This document shows, one piece after another, positions 1 to 6,891 of a stretch of 13,305 bases of DNA (the stretch's first letter is position 1; the number at the start of each line of letters is the position of its first letter). This DNA is from Armatimonadota bacterium (GTDB taxonomy: Bacteria > Vulcanimicrobiota > JACPDS01 > JBDRKI01), in NCBI GenBank assembly GCA_043814095.1, contig JBDRKI010000066.1, positions 1 through 13,305 on the forward strand, written 5' to 3'. The position numbers and the translations under genes are program-made. The notes under the pieces were generated by a model that worked only from the letters and a program-made list of their open reading frames with translations, did not search any database and had not been told where the DNA came from.

Positions 1-140
1 CCTCTGCGGATCATCCATGGAAGAGATTTCCAATAACCAAAAATACGGCTAAAGCCGGAGAGGATAGAAAGGTGGCCTAGATGTGAAAATGTGACATTTC
101 TAATTTGCTAAGAATAGGACATTTCTAAATTGCCTTGACA
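1..140 (+). mobile_element. Right end of IS1202/IS481-type insertion sequence
   Basis: Terminus read inward from 140 is TGTCAAGGCAATTTAGAAATGTCC (TGT end). Two sub-terminal repeats, GACATTTCTAATTTGC (93-108) and GACATTTCTAAATTGC (118-133), are 15/16 identical with a 25-bp period. Transposase-like C-terminus lies upstream. Confidence 0.7.
3..80 (+). CDS. C-terminal fragment of an IS1202-family (ISNCY-like) transposase, 5' end outside window
   Basis: Frame 3 reads SADHPWKRFPITKNTAKAGEDRKVA* (TAG 78-80). I recognise the DHPW(K/R) motif from C-termini of IS1202/ISNCY transposases. It is directly followed by an IS-like end. Confidence 0.7.
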   Translation, partial: SADHPWKRFPITKNTAKAGEDRKVA

Positions 141-156
141 AATAAATTGCCCGTCT

Positions 157-185
157 TTGACTTTTTCTTGATGTAGTATTATAAT
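157..185 (+). promoter_or_regulatory. Sigma70-type promoter for the HD-secD-secF operon
   Basis: TTGACT (157-162), 17-nt spacer, TATAAT (180-185), about 60 nt upstream of ATG 244. SD-like AAGGA at 230-234. Confidence 0.75.
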
Positions 186-243
186 ATATTATCTTTATAT
201 TAGATTAATTTGAATTAACTTGGATTAACAAGGAATAAAAAAT

Positions 244-948
244 ATGGAAGGCAAAAAAATAATTACAAAATTAGAAAATAACAGGCCCGTAAGGCTTGAA
301 AATATAAAAGAAGACCTTACGATTATTTCATACCTCATTAAAGCGGATGAGGTTATGAATGCCATGGGCTACACGGAACACGGCCTGCGGCACGCGAACC
401 TTACCTCTCACATCGCCAAGAATATCCTCCAGCACTTAAAATACACACAGCGCGATGTTGAACTTGCGGCAATAGCGGCTTACATGCATGATATAGGAAA
501 CTGTGTGGCCAGAACAAACCACAGTCAGTCCGGCGCGATTTTAACATATAATTTACTGACCCGGCTTTCCATGGACCCGGAAGAGATAGCTTCCATAATA
601 TCAGCCATCGGCAACCATGAAGAATATGAAGGCGGGCATCCCATAAGCCCTATCGGTGCGACGGTAATACTGGCGGACAAAACCGATGTTCACAGAACAA
701 GGGTGACAAATCCGGAGATGAAAAACTTTGATATACATGACCGGGTAAATTATGCCGCCATGTATTCGTTTTTAAGAGTAAATCCCGAAGAAAGAATACT
801 TAAACTGGAGCTGACCATTGATACGGAATTTGCCTCTGTCATGGAGTATTTTGAGATATTCTTAGACAGAATGCTGGTCTGTAGAAAAGCCGCAAGGTTA
901 TTAAAATGCGAATTTTCGCTGGAAATCAATAAATCTAAATTACTTTAA
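244..948 (+). CDS. HD-superfamily metal-dependent phosphohydrolase (uncharacterised, secDF-associated type)
   Basis: Metal-ligand motifs EHGLRH, YMHDIGN, GNHEE, ILADKTD. Lies 18 nt upstream of secD. Confidence 0.85.
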   Translation: MEGKKIITKLENNRPVRLENIKEDLTIISYLIKADEVMNAMGYTEHGLRHANLTSHIAKNILQHLKYTQRDVELAAIAAYMHDIGNCVARTNHSQSGAILTYNLLTRLSMDPEEIASIISAIGNHEEYEGGHPISPIGATVILADKTDVHRTRVTNPEMKNFDIHDRVNYAAMYSFLRVNPEERILKLELTIDTEFASVMEYFEIFLDRMLVCRKAARLLKCEFSLEINKSKLL

Positions 949-966
949 AGAAAGGAGCTTTTTTGT

Positions 967-2232
967 ATGAACGCAAAGACAAAAAATCTGATTCTGCTTA
1001 TACTTATATTCGCAGTAACAATAGCAAGCATATTCACCTTCTATAATTTTAAGGAAAAAAAGTTTACGGTAAAACTCGGGCTTGACTTAAGAAGCGGCTC
1101 GCACCTTACCCTGCGCCTTGTCCCGATACCCGATCTGGAGACAGGGAAAATGAAAGATATAAGTGTTGCCACCGTAAAACAAACAATTACAGTGCTTGAA
1201 AAAAGGCTAAACCCCCAGGGCACAAAAGAGATCATTATAAGACAGGAAGGCCTTGACAGGATCATTGTTGAGATACCTGAAGAAACAAACCTGAAAAAGG
1301 TTGAGGACCTGATCAAAAAAACAGCTCACCTGGAGTTTAAAGAACAGAAAGTCAACCCTTCCTTAAAGCAGGTGGAATGGGTTACCGTAATGGAGGGCAC
1401 GGCCATAAAAGAAGCCAGAGCCACTTATGACCCGAACGGACAACCTATTGTTTCTTTTACGCTTACCAATGACGGCGCGAAAAAATTCGCCGAAATAACC
1501 ACAAGAAACCTGCATAAACCCATAGCAATATTTTTTGACGGAAACCTGATAAGCGCTCCAGTAGTGCAGTCAACTATACTGGGCGGTTCAGGCCAGATAA
1601 GCGGCGGAAAGATGGATCTTGACGAATGTAAAAATCTTGAGGTTCTCTTAAATGCCGGCGCGCTTCCCGTGCCTGTTGAAATCCTTGAATCCATGACTGT
1701 AAGCCCTATTCTGGGTGCTGAATCTTTAAAGAAAAGTTTAGTCGCCGGAGGGCTGGGATTGGCAATAGTAATAATATTTATGGGGATATATTATTTAGTG
1801 CCGGGCGTACTTGCGGATGTTGCTCTTATAATCTACAGCATCATAGTCCTGGCATCCATGAGTATGGGGCAGTTCGTACTGACCCTGCCGGGTATCGCCG
1901 GTTTCGTACTCTCAATCGGTATGGCGGTAGACGCCAATATTCTCATATTTGAACGGTTAAAAGAAGAACTGCGAACCGATAAATCCCTGCGGGGAGCGGT
2001 GGATACGGCTTTTAAAAGAGCATTCAGCTCCATCTGGGATTCTCACGTAACCACTTTTATGGGCGCATTAGTACTGTATTATTTCGGCGCCAGTTCAATA
2101 AAAGGATTCGGTTTAACCCTTATGCTCGGTACTTTCTGGAGTTTAATTACAGCGGTATTTGTGACAAGGGTATTTTTTAACTTTATCTTAAATAACCAAA
2201 TTTGCACGAACAGAAAATTATTCGGAGAATAA
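967..2232 (+). CDS. secD: Protein translocase subunit SecD
   Basis: LGLDLRSG, IAIFFDGNLISAPVV, LNAGALPVP, LTLPGIAGFVLSIGMAVDANILIFERLKEE and IKGFGLTL motifs. SD AAAGGAG at 951-957. Confidence 0.96.
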   Translation: MNAKTKNLILLILIFAVTIASIFTFYNFKEKKFTVKLGLDLRSGSHLTLRLVPIPDLETGKMKDISVATVKQTITVLEKRLNPQGTKEIIIRQEGLDRIIVEIPEETNLKKVEDLIKKTAHLEFKEQKVNPSLKQVEWVTVMEGTAIKEARATYDPNGQPIVSFTLTNDGAKKFAEITTRNLHKPIAIFFDGNLISAPVVQSTILGGSGQISGGKMDLDECKNLEVLLNAGALPVPVEILESMTVSPILGAESLKKSLVAGGLGLAIVIIFMGIYYLVPGVLADVALIIYSIIVLASMSMGQFVLTLPGIAGFVLSIGMAVDANILIFERLKEELRTDKSLRGAVDTAFKRAFSSIWDSHVTTFMGALVLYYFGASSIKGFGLTLMLGTFWSLITAVFVTRVFFNFILNNQICTNRKLFGE

Positions 2233-2247
2233 GAGAAAGGAGGAGTT

Positions 2248-3369
2248 ATGCAGATATTCGGAATTAACTTTACAATCAGTGAAATAAGCCATATGGCTAT
2301 ATGGCTTATAATAATGTTCGCGATAGTTATATGGGCGCAGACATTCAGAAAGAAAACTTATAATATCATCGGAAACAGCCGATGGGTATTTATCATCTCG
2401 GCAATAATCCTTATAGCCGGCATATATTCTTTATCAACGAAAGGATTAAACTACGGTCTGGATTTTACTGGCGGAACAATAATGCAGCTTGGTTTCGCTA
2501 AAAAACCAAATGTGGACACCCTGCACAAAGACATTTCTAATTACAACCCTAATTTTTCCGACGCGGTAATACAGCTTGCCAGCACTTCGGACGGTACAGA
2601 CGCAAAATCATATCAGAAAGTCCTTATAAGTGTCAGGGGAGAACTTAATAACAAGCAAGCCGGTATGTCCACATCCCAGAGTTTAGAAGGACTCACAAAC
2701 TTTCTTAAAACAAATTACGGCGGCATAGAAATATATAAGGTTGAGCATATAGGGCCTATTATAGGGAGAGAACTCAAACAGAAAGCAATTTACGCGCTGC
2801 TGATAGCGCTTATTATCCAGCTTTTTTATATCACCTTCAGATTCGGCAGGCAGATGAGATACGGGCTTGCCGCGGATCTTGCGATGGCGCATGACCTCGT
2901 TCTTGTTGTCGGGTTATACTCACTCTTCGGGAGGCAGGCGGATTCACCGTTTTTAGCCGCCCTTTTAACCATCGTGGGTTATTCTATTATGGATTCTATT
3001 ATCATATTTGACAGGATACGCGAAAATTTAAGATTATTTAAATCAGAAAATTTTGAAAGCATTGTAAACATATCGGTAAACCAGACAATGACACGCTCCA
3101 TAAACACGCTTCTTACGGTGCTTTTGACACTGTTCGCGTTATACTTCTTCGGCGGGGAAACATTAAAGAATTTTGCTTTCGCTCTTCTAATCGGCTTAAC
3201 GACCGGAGCTTATTCATCTATCTTTGTCGCAAGCCCTCTGCTTGTAATGTTTGACAAACACCTGAAAAACAAAGAAAGAAAACAAGCTGAAGCAAGAAAG
3301 ATTAAATTGGAAGCGGAGGCCGCGAAGAAAAAAGAGCTTAAGGAAGCTAAAATAAAGAAAAAGAATTAA
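2248..3369 (+). CDS. secF: Protein translocase subunit SecF
   Basis: GLNYGLDFTGG, IGPIIGREL, HD, AALLTIVGYSIMDSIIIFDRIREN, QTMTRSINT and GAYSSIFVA motifs. SD AAGGAGG. Follows secD. Confidence 0.96.
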   Translation: MQIFGINFTISEISHMAIWLIIMFAIVIWAQTFRKKTYNIIGNSRWVFIISAIILIAGIYSLSTKGLNYGLDFTGGTIMQLGFAKKPNVDTLHKDISNYNPNFSDAVIQLASTSDGTDAKSYQKVLISVRGELNNKQAGMSTSQSLEGLTNFLKTNYGGIEIYKVEHIGPIIGRELKQKAIYALLIALIIQLFYITFRFGRQMRYGLAADLAMAHDLVLVVGLYSLFGRQADSPFLAALLTIVGYSIMDSIIIFDRIRENLRLFKSENFESIVNISVNQTMTRSINTLLTVLLTLFALYFFGGETLKNFAFALLIGLTTGAYSSIFVASPLLVMFDKHLKNKERKQAEARKIKLEAEAAKKKELKEAKIKKKN

Positions 3370-3386
3370 CTGATTATTTCTCTATT

Positions 3387-3423
3387 AAAAAAGCCGCAGG
3401 TTTTGCCCGCGGCTTTTTTTTTT
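3387..3423. terminator. Bidirectional intrinsic terminator between secF and the rpoZ-like gene
   Basis: AAAAAAGCCGCAGG-TTTTG-CCCGCGGCTTTTTTTTTT: GC-rich stem flanked by an A-tract and a T-tract, between convergent genes. Confidence 0.85.
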
Positions 3424-3424
3424 A

Positions 3425-3739
3425 TTATTTCTTTTTAGATACTTTCTTGATCTTTTGCTTCTTTCTTCCTTTTAATGGCTTCTCGGATATAGGCACTTCT
3501 TTAAGTTTTCTTTTTGTTTTTATTTTTTCGGGAATTATTTCTTCTTTAATTAGAGGTTTAATCTTTCCGTCCCTGACTTCATTATAAGCTCTCGTAATTA
3601 TCTCATCCGAAGAAAGAGGACTGACCTGCTCTACATTCCTCTGGGTAAGCTGTTTAATTCTCTTAAAAAGCACATTTACCAGCAGGAATTTATTTTCTTC
3701 CACGCCAAAGGGTATTTTTTCAATAAAAGCATCTATCAT
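3425..3739 (-). CDS. rpoZ: RNA polymerase omega subunit-like protein with Lys-rich C-terminal tail
   Basis: NKFLLVNVLFKRIKQL ... RAYNEVRDGKI matches the omega pattern (N/S)KYxLVxxxxKRARQL ... ALxEIxxGKI. SD AAGGAG (3747-3752). Has its own promoter. Confidence 0.65.
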   Translation of the reverse strand: MIDAFIEKIPFGVEENKFLLVNVLFKRIKQLTQRNVEQVSPLSSDEIITRAYNEVRDGKIKPLIKEEIIPEKIKTKRKLKEVPISEKPLKGRKKQKIKKVSKKK

Positions 3740-3781
3740 TTATTTTCTCCTTAAATTCAGACGTATTTTAGGTTACAGTAT

Positions 3782-3810
3782 ATTCTAATTATTAAATGGT
3801 ATATTGTCAA
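3782..3810 (-). promoter_or_regulatory. Sigma70-type promoter for the rpoZ-like gene
   Basis: Minus strand TTGACA (3810-3805), 17-nt spacer, TAGAAT (3787-3782). Confidence 0.75.
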
Positions 3811-3821
3811 CAGGGTGTACA

Positions 3822-3865
3822 TAAAGGGATCACCCGCCGGAGCGTACCGCCCCTGCGGGTGATCC
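3822..3865 (-). terminator. Hairpin / probable terminator, copy 1
   Basis: Perfect 11-bp stem GGATCACCCGC/GCGGGTGATCC (3827-3837, 3855-3865) with further inner pairing. Weak U-tract CTTTAT on the minus strand. Confidence 0.6.
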
Positions 3866-3887
3866 TCTTGGAGAGAGAGTCCCAAAG

Positions 3888-4238
3888 CTAGTATAAAGTT
3901 CCTTTATTCGTGCCCTTTTTAAAAAAGCTGCCATTACAAATTATTCCTACAGGTATAATTATCATAAAAAATCCGAAAACCGAAATCTTACCGAATATAA
4001 CGATCGTTAGAAATACTATAACTGCTATAAGCGCGGTGAGCATTAGAATCAGGCTGTAAAAACTGAATAACGTATGAACGGGATCCATTTTATCCGAAAA
4101 AAACTTTAAATCTAATTCTTTGGTTTCACCGTAACCGTTGAATAATCTGTAATTATCCTTGGTATTTTCCTCTATAGTAGGAAATTTAACAATATGACCA
4201 AGTTTTATTTTAGTTCTTTCGGCAAGCTTCACCGCCAT
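3888..4238 (-). CDS. Hypothetical 116-aa membrane protein (two predicted TM segments), paralogue A
   Basis: Strong SD GAGGAGGTG before ATG. Hydrophobic residues ~57-100. Aligns without gaps to the 4490..4840 product (63/116 identical by hand count). Confidence 0.8.
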   Translation of the reverse strand: MAVKLAERTKIKLGHIVKFPTIEENTKDNYRLFNGYGETKELDLKFFSDKMDPVHTLFSFYSLILMLTALIAVIVFLTIVIFGKISVFGFFMIIIPVGIICNGSFFKKGTNKGTLY

Positions 4239-4420
4239 CTAACTCACCTCCTCAAAAAGACGAAATATAACATCCATTCTCCCCCTATTATTATACCTTA
4301 TTATATATATATATAATATAGGTCTAATGGAGTATTTTTATTTTCCTTATTTTTAAACGTTTTTTATGCTTTTGGGGGATTAAATCATAAAATTCATAGA
4401 TTTTAAAGATAAAATATGTC

Positions 4421-4467
4421 AAAAAAAAGGAAACACCCGCCGAAGCATTTGTCCCGGCGGGTGATCC
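4421..4467 (-). terminator. Intrinsic terminator, copy 2
   Basis: Minus strand CACCCGCCG...CGGCGGGTG stem followed by TTTCCTTTTTTTT. Confidence 0.75.
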
Positions 4468-4489
4468 TCTTGGAGAGAGAGCCCCAAAG

Positions 4490-4840
4490 CTAGTACAGAA
4501 TTGTCTTATTTGTAAATTTCTTGAAAAAATTAATTCTAAAATATGTCCCTGCCGGCACAACCATCATGAAAAGCCCAAAAACAGGATCATTACCGAATAT
4601 AACTATTATTAAAAATACTGCCAGCGCTATACATATTGTTATCATTAATATTAAACCATAAAAATTAAATAATATATATGTGGAATCCACTTTATCCGAA
4701 AAATCTTCTAAATCTAATTTTTTACACTCATTATACCCTTCAAATAACCTGTAATTATCTCTCGTATTTTCTTTAAATGTGGGAAAATTAACCAAATTTT
4801 TAGCTTTTATTCGGAACTTATTTCTCTGTCTTATATCCAT
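4490..4840 (-). CDS. Hypothetical 116-aa membrane protein, paralogue B
   Basis: Start moved from GTG 4849 to ATG 4840: AAAGGTG then acts as SD and the protein becomes exactly 116 aa like paralogue A. Shared blocks FPT..ENT.DNYRLF.GY, FSDK.D and FFKK.TNK..LY. Confidence 0.8.
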   Translation of the reverse strand: MDIRQRNKFRIKAKNLVNFPTFKENTRDNYRLFEGYNECKKLDLEDFSDKVDSTYILFNFYGLILMITICIALAVFLIIVIFGNDPVFGLFMMVVPAGTYFRINFFKKFTNKTILY

Positions 4841-5082
4841 ACTGCGCACCTTTACGGAAGCTTATATGTGTGTTAAATTTATTTTCTAATATAATTATAA
4901 AATAGATTACATATTTATACTATCCATCAAACGGAGTATTTTTATTTTTGTTATTTTAAGCCGTTTTTTTGTATTTTTGAGTTAATTGCAGGAAAAATCG
5001 CCCCTTTTAAAGAACAAAATCTACTGTTTTAAGGGGCTTTAAAAATACTCTATGCATAAATTACTGTCAGAAGGGGTTAAAA

Positions 5083-6234
5083 ATGAAAAATACGGCAAAT
5101 ATAGTGATTATAGGCGGCGGTATAATAGGCGCTTCCATAGCTTTTTTCCTCTCAAAAGCAGGTGTTAAGGATATCATAATAATAGAGAAAGAAGAACTTC
5201 TCGGAGCTGCGTCTACGGGATTATGCGCAGGGGGCATAAGACAGCAGTTCGGCACCGAAATTAACACCCGGCTATGTATGGAATCGGTAAAAATATTTGA
5301 AAATTTCAAAGAAATAGCCGGTGAAAATATTGAATTTATCCAGGCCGGTTATTTATTTATCTTATCCAAAGGAGAAACTTTTAATCATTTCAAAAATAAC
5401 GTGGCTATGCAGAAATCTTTAGGTCTTGACGTGCATATATTATCACCTTCCGAAATAAAAGAAAAAATACCTTTCGCTGAAACTGCCGATCTTCTGGGCG
5501 GCACATTCTGTCAGTCTGACGGCTTTGCCGATCCAAACGAAGTTACCCAGGCATTTGCCGCGGCGGCCAGAAAAAACGGTGTCAGCATATACAACAAAAC
5601 AGAAGCAAGGGAGATAAAACTAAGCGGTGAGAATAAAATAAAATCTGTTGTGACTAATCAGGGGGAAATAGAAACACCCGTTATAGTAAACGCCGCCGGA
5701 GCATGGTCAAACCTTATAGCTAAAATGGTGAATATAGACCTCCCGGTACTGCCTTACAGAAGACAGCTTTTCATAACAGAGCCATTTAAAGAAATTCCCG
5801 AAGTAATACCCATGATTGTTGATTTTGATAACGGGCTGTACATACGCAAAGAAAGCGGGGGCGTATTAATGGGCAAGGCAGACCTTAATGATCCGCCGGG
5901 AATTAACCTTCATGTGGACTGGGATTTTATGACTACAGTCGTGGAGCTCGCGCTTAACAGAATACCCGTTCTGGAAAAATCAAACATAATGCGGGGCTGG
6001 GCGGGACTTTACGAGATAACACCAGACCACCACGCAATACTGGGAAAAACACCGCAGGTTGAAGGCTTCATACTCGCAAACGGTTTCTCGGGACACGGCT
6101 TTATGCAGGCGCCTGCCGTAGGAAAAATCATACAGCAGATAATAACCGGAGAAAAAACGGATATTGATGTATCGGAACTACGTTATGAAAGATTTAAAGA
6201 AGGCAAGCTGATAAATGAAGCCCAGGTTTTCTAA
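5083..6234 (+). CDS. FAD-dependent oxidoreductase, DadA / sarcosine oxidase beta / proline dehydrogenase beta family
   Basis: N-terminal IIGGGIIG dinucleotide-binding motif, plus GGIRQQF, VNAAGAWS, WAGLYEITPDH and GFSGHGFMQAPAVG. Substrate cannot be determined. Confidence 0.9.
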   Translation: MKNTANIVIIGGGIIGASIAFFLSKAGVKDIIIIEKEELLGAASTGLCAGGIRQQFGTEINTRLCMESVKIFENFKEIAGENIEFIQAGYLFILSKGETFNHFKNNVAMQKSLGLDVHILSPSEIKEKIPFAETADLLGGTFCQSDGFADPNEVTQAFAAAARKNGVSIYNKTEAREIKLSGENKIKSVVTNQGEIETPVIVNAAGAWSNLIAKMVNIDLPVLPYRRQLFITEPFKEIPEVIPMIVDFDNGLYIRKESGGVLMGKADLNDPPGINLHVDWDFMTTVVELALNRIPVLEKSNIMRGWAGLYEITPDHHAILGKTPQVEGFILANGFSGHGFMQAPAVGKIIQQIITGEKTDIDVSELRYERFKEGKLINEAQVF

Positions 6235-6858
6235 TCAGGCATCATCAACCATAGGCACGAACATAACCCCGCCGCAGTCCTGTTCAATTATCTCGTCTTT
6301 TTCTTTTTTAAGGAGTAATAATTTCTGACCGAATATCCTCCCGCCGACAGGCACTACCATCCTGCCGCCTTCTTTCAACTGCTTAAGAAGCACGCGCGGA
6401 ACTTCTTCAGGAGCGCACGTAATAATGATAGCGTCAAACGGCGCGGCAGCTTCCCATCCTTTATAACCGCTGCTTACCTTAATCTCAAAATTCTCATAAC
6501 CAAGCTTTTTAAGAGTCTCGCCGGCTTTTGCCGCAAGAGACTCAATAACTTCCAGGGAATAAACTTTCTCCGCAATTTCTGCTAAAACCGCGGTCTGGTA
6601 TCCGGAGCCCGTACCTACCTCTAAAACTTTCTCTGCGCCTTTAAGCTCAAGCAGTTCGGTCATTAAAGCGACAATATACGGCTGGGATATGGTCTGTTCC
6701 TCTCCTATGGGAAGGGGGCCGTCAAGATATGCGCAGTCACAGAGATCTTCAGGTACAAATTTCTCTCTGGGAACATTTCTCATCGCGGAAAGAACGCGCG
6801 GATCTTTTATCCCGCGCTTTAGGAGTTGATTATTTACCATTTCCTCTTTATCAATCAT
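6235..6858 (-). CDS. pcm: Protein-L-isoaspartate(D-aspartate) O-methyltransferase, cytoplasmic (pcm-1)
   Basis: [58 protein letters not shown] and FVPM motifs. No N-terminal hydrophobic segment. Confidence 0.95.
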   Translation of the reverse strand: MIDKEEMVNNQLLKRGIKDPRVLSAMRNVPREKFVPEDLCDCAYLDGPLPIGEEQTISQPYIVALMTELLELKGAEKVLEVGTGSGYQTAVLAEIAEKVYSLEVIESLAAKAGETLKKLGYENFEIKVSSGYKGWEAAAPFDAIIITCAPEEVPRVLLKQLKEGGRMVVPVGGRIFGQKLLLLKKEKDEIIEQDCGGVMFVPMVDDA

Positions 6859-6891
6859 AAAAATATTATGCTCTATTTATTTTGCTGTAAA

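Larger units (their letters stand above)
3826..4980. repeat. Diverged tandem duplication, unit ~602 bp (upstream region + gene + 3' structure)
   Basis: 3855-3893 and 4457-4495 match at 38/39 nt. The two CDSs are offset by 602 nt. An upstream block GGAGTATTTTTATTTT occurs at 4329 and 4933. Confidence 0.9.

Noticed and set aside
93..133. CRISPR-like repeat pair
   Set aside because: Only two 16-bp units with a 9-nt spacer, consistent with IS end binding sites.
135..163. IS-terminal TTGACA as an outward -35 forming a hybrid promoter
   Set aside because: The hexamer 17 nt downstream is TGACTT, not a -10. The native promoter at 157-185 is complete by itself.
170..200. dif/XerCD-like site next to the IS end
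   Set aside because: TATAA-TATA-TTATC has a 4-nt rather than 6-nt spacer and lacks the TTATGT(T/A)AA arm. It is better explained as the -10 region.
1041..2892. Minus-strand ORFs 1041-1316, 1425-1694, 1833-2033 and 2683-2892
   Set aside because: Antisense shadows of secD/secF with no recognisable motifs.
3826..3887. tRNA, known riboswitch or SECIS-like readthrough element
   Set aside because: No cloverleaf or recognisable aptamer. It lies 3' of TAG (not TGA) stops and ends in a terminator. Kept only as an unknown structured element.
4324..4560. 78-aa minus-strand ORF
   Set aside because: Overlaps paralogue B out of frame and runs through its terminator and AT-rich intergenic DNA.
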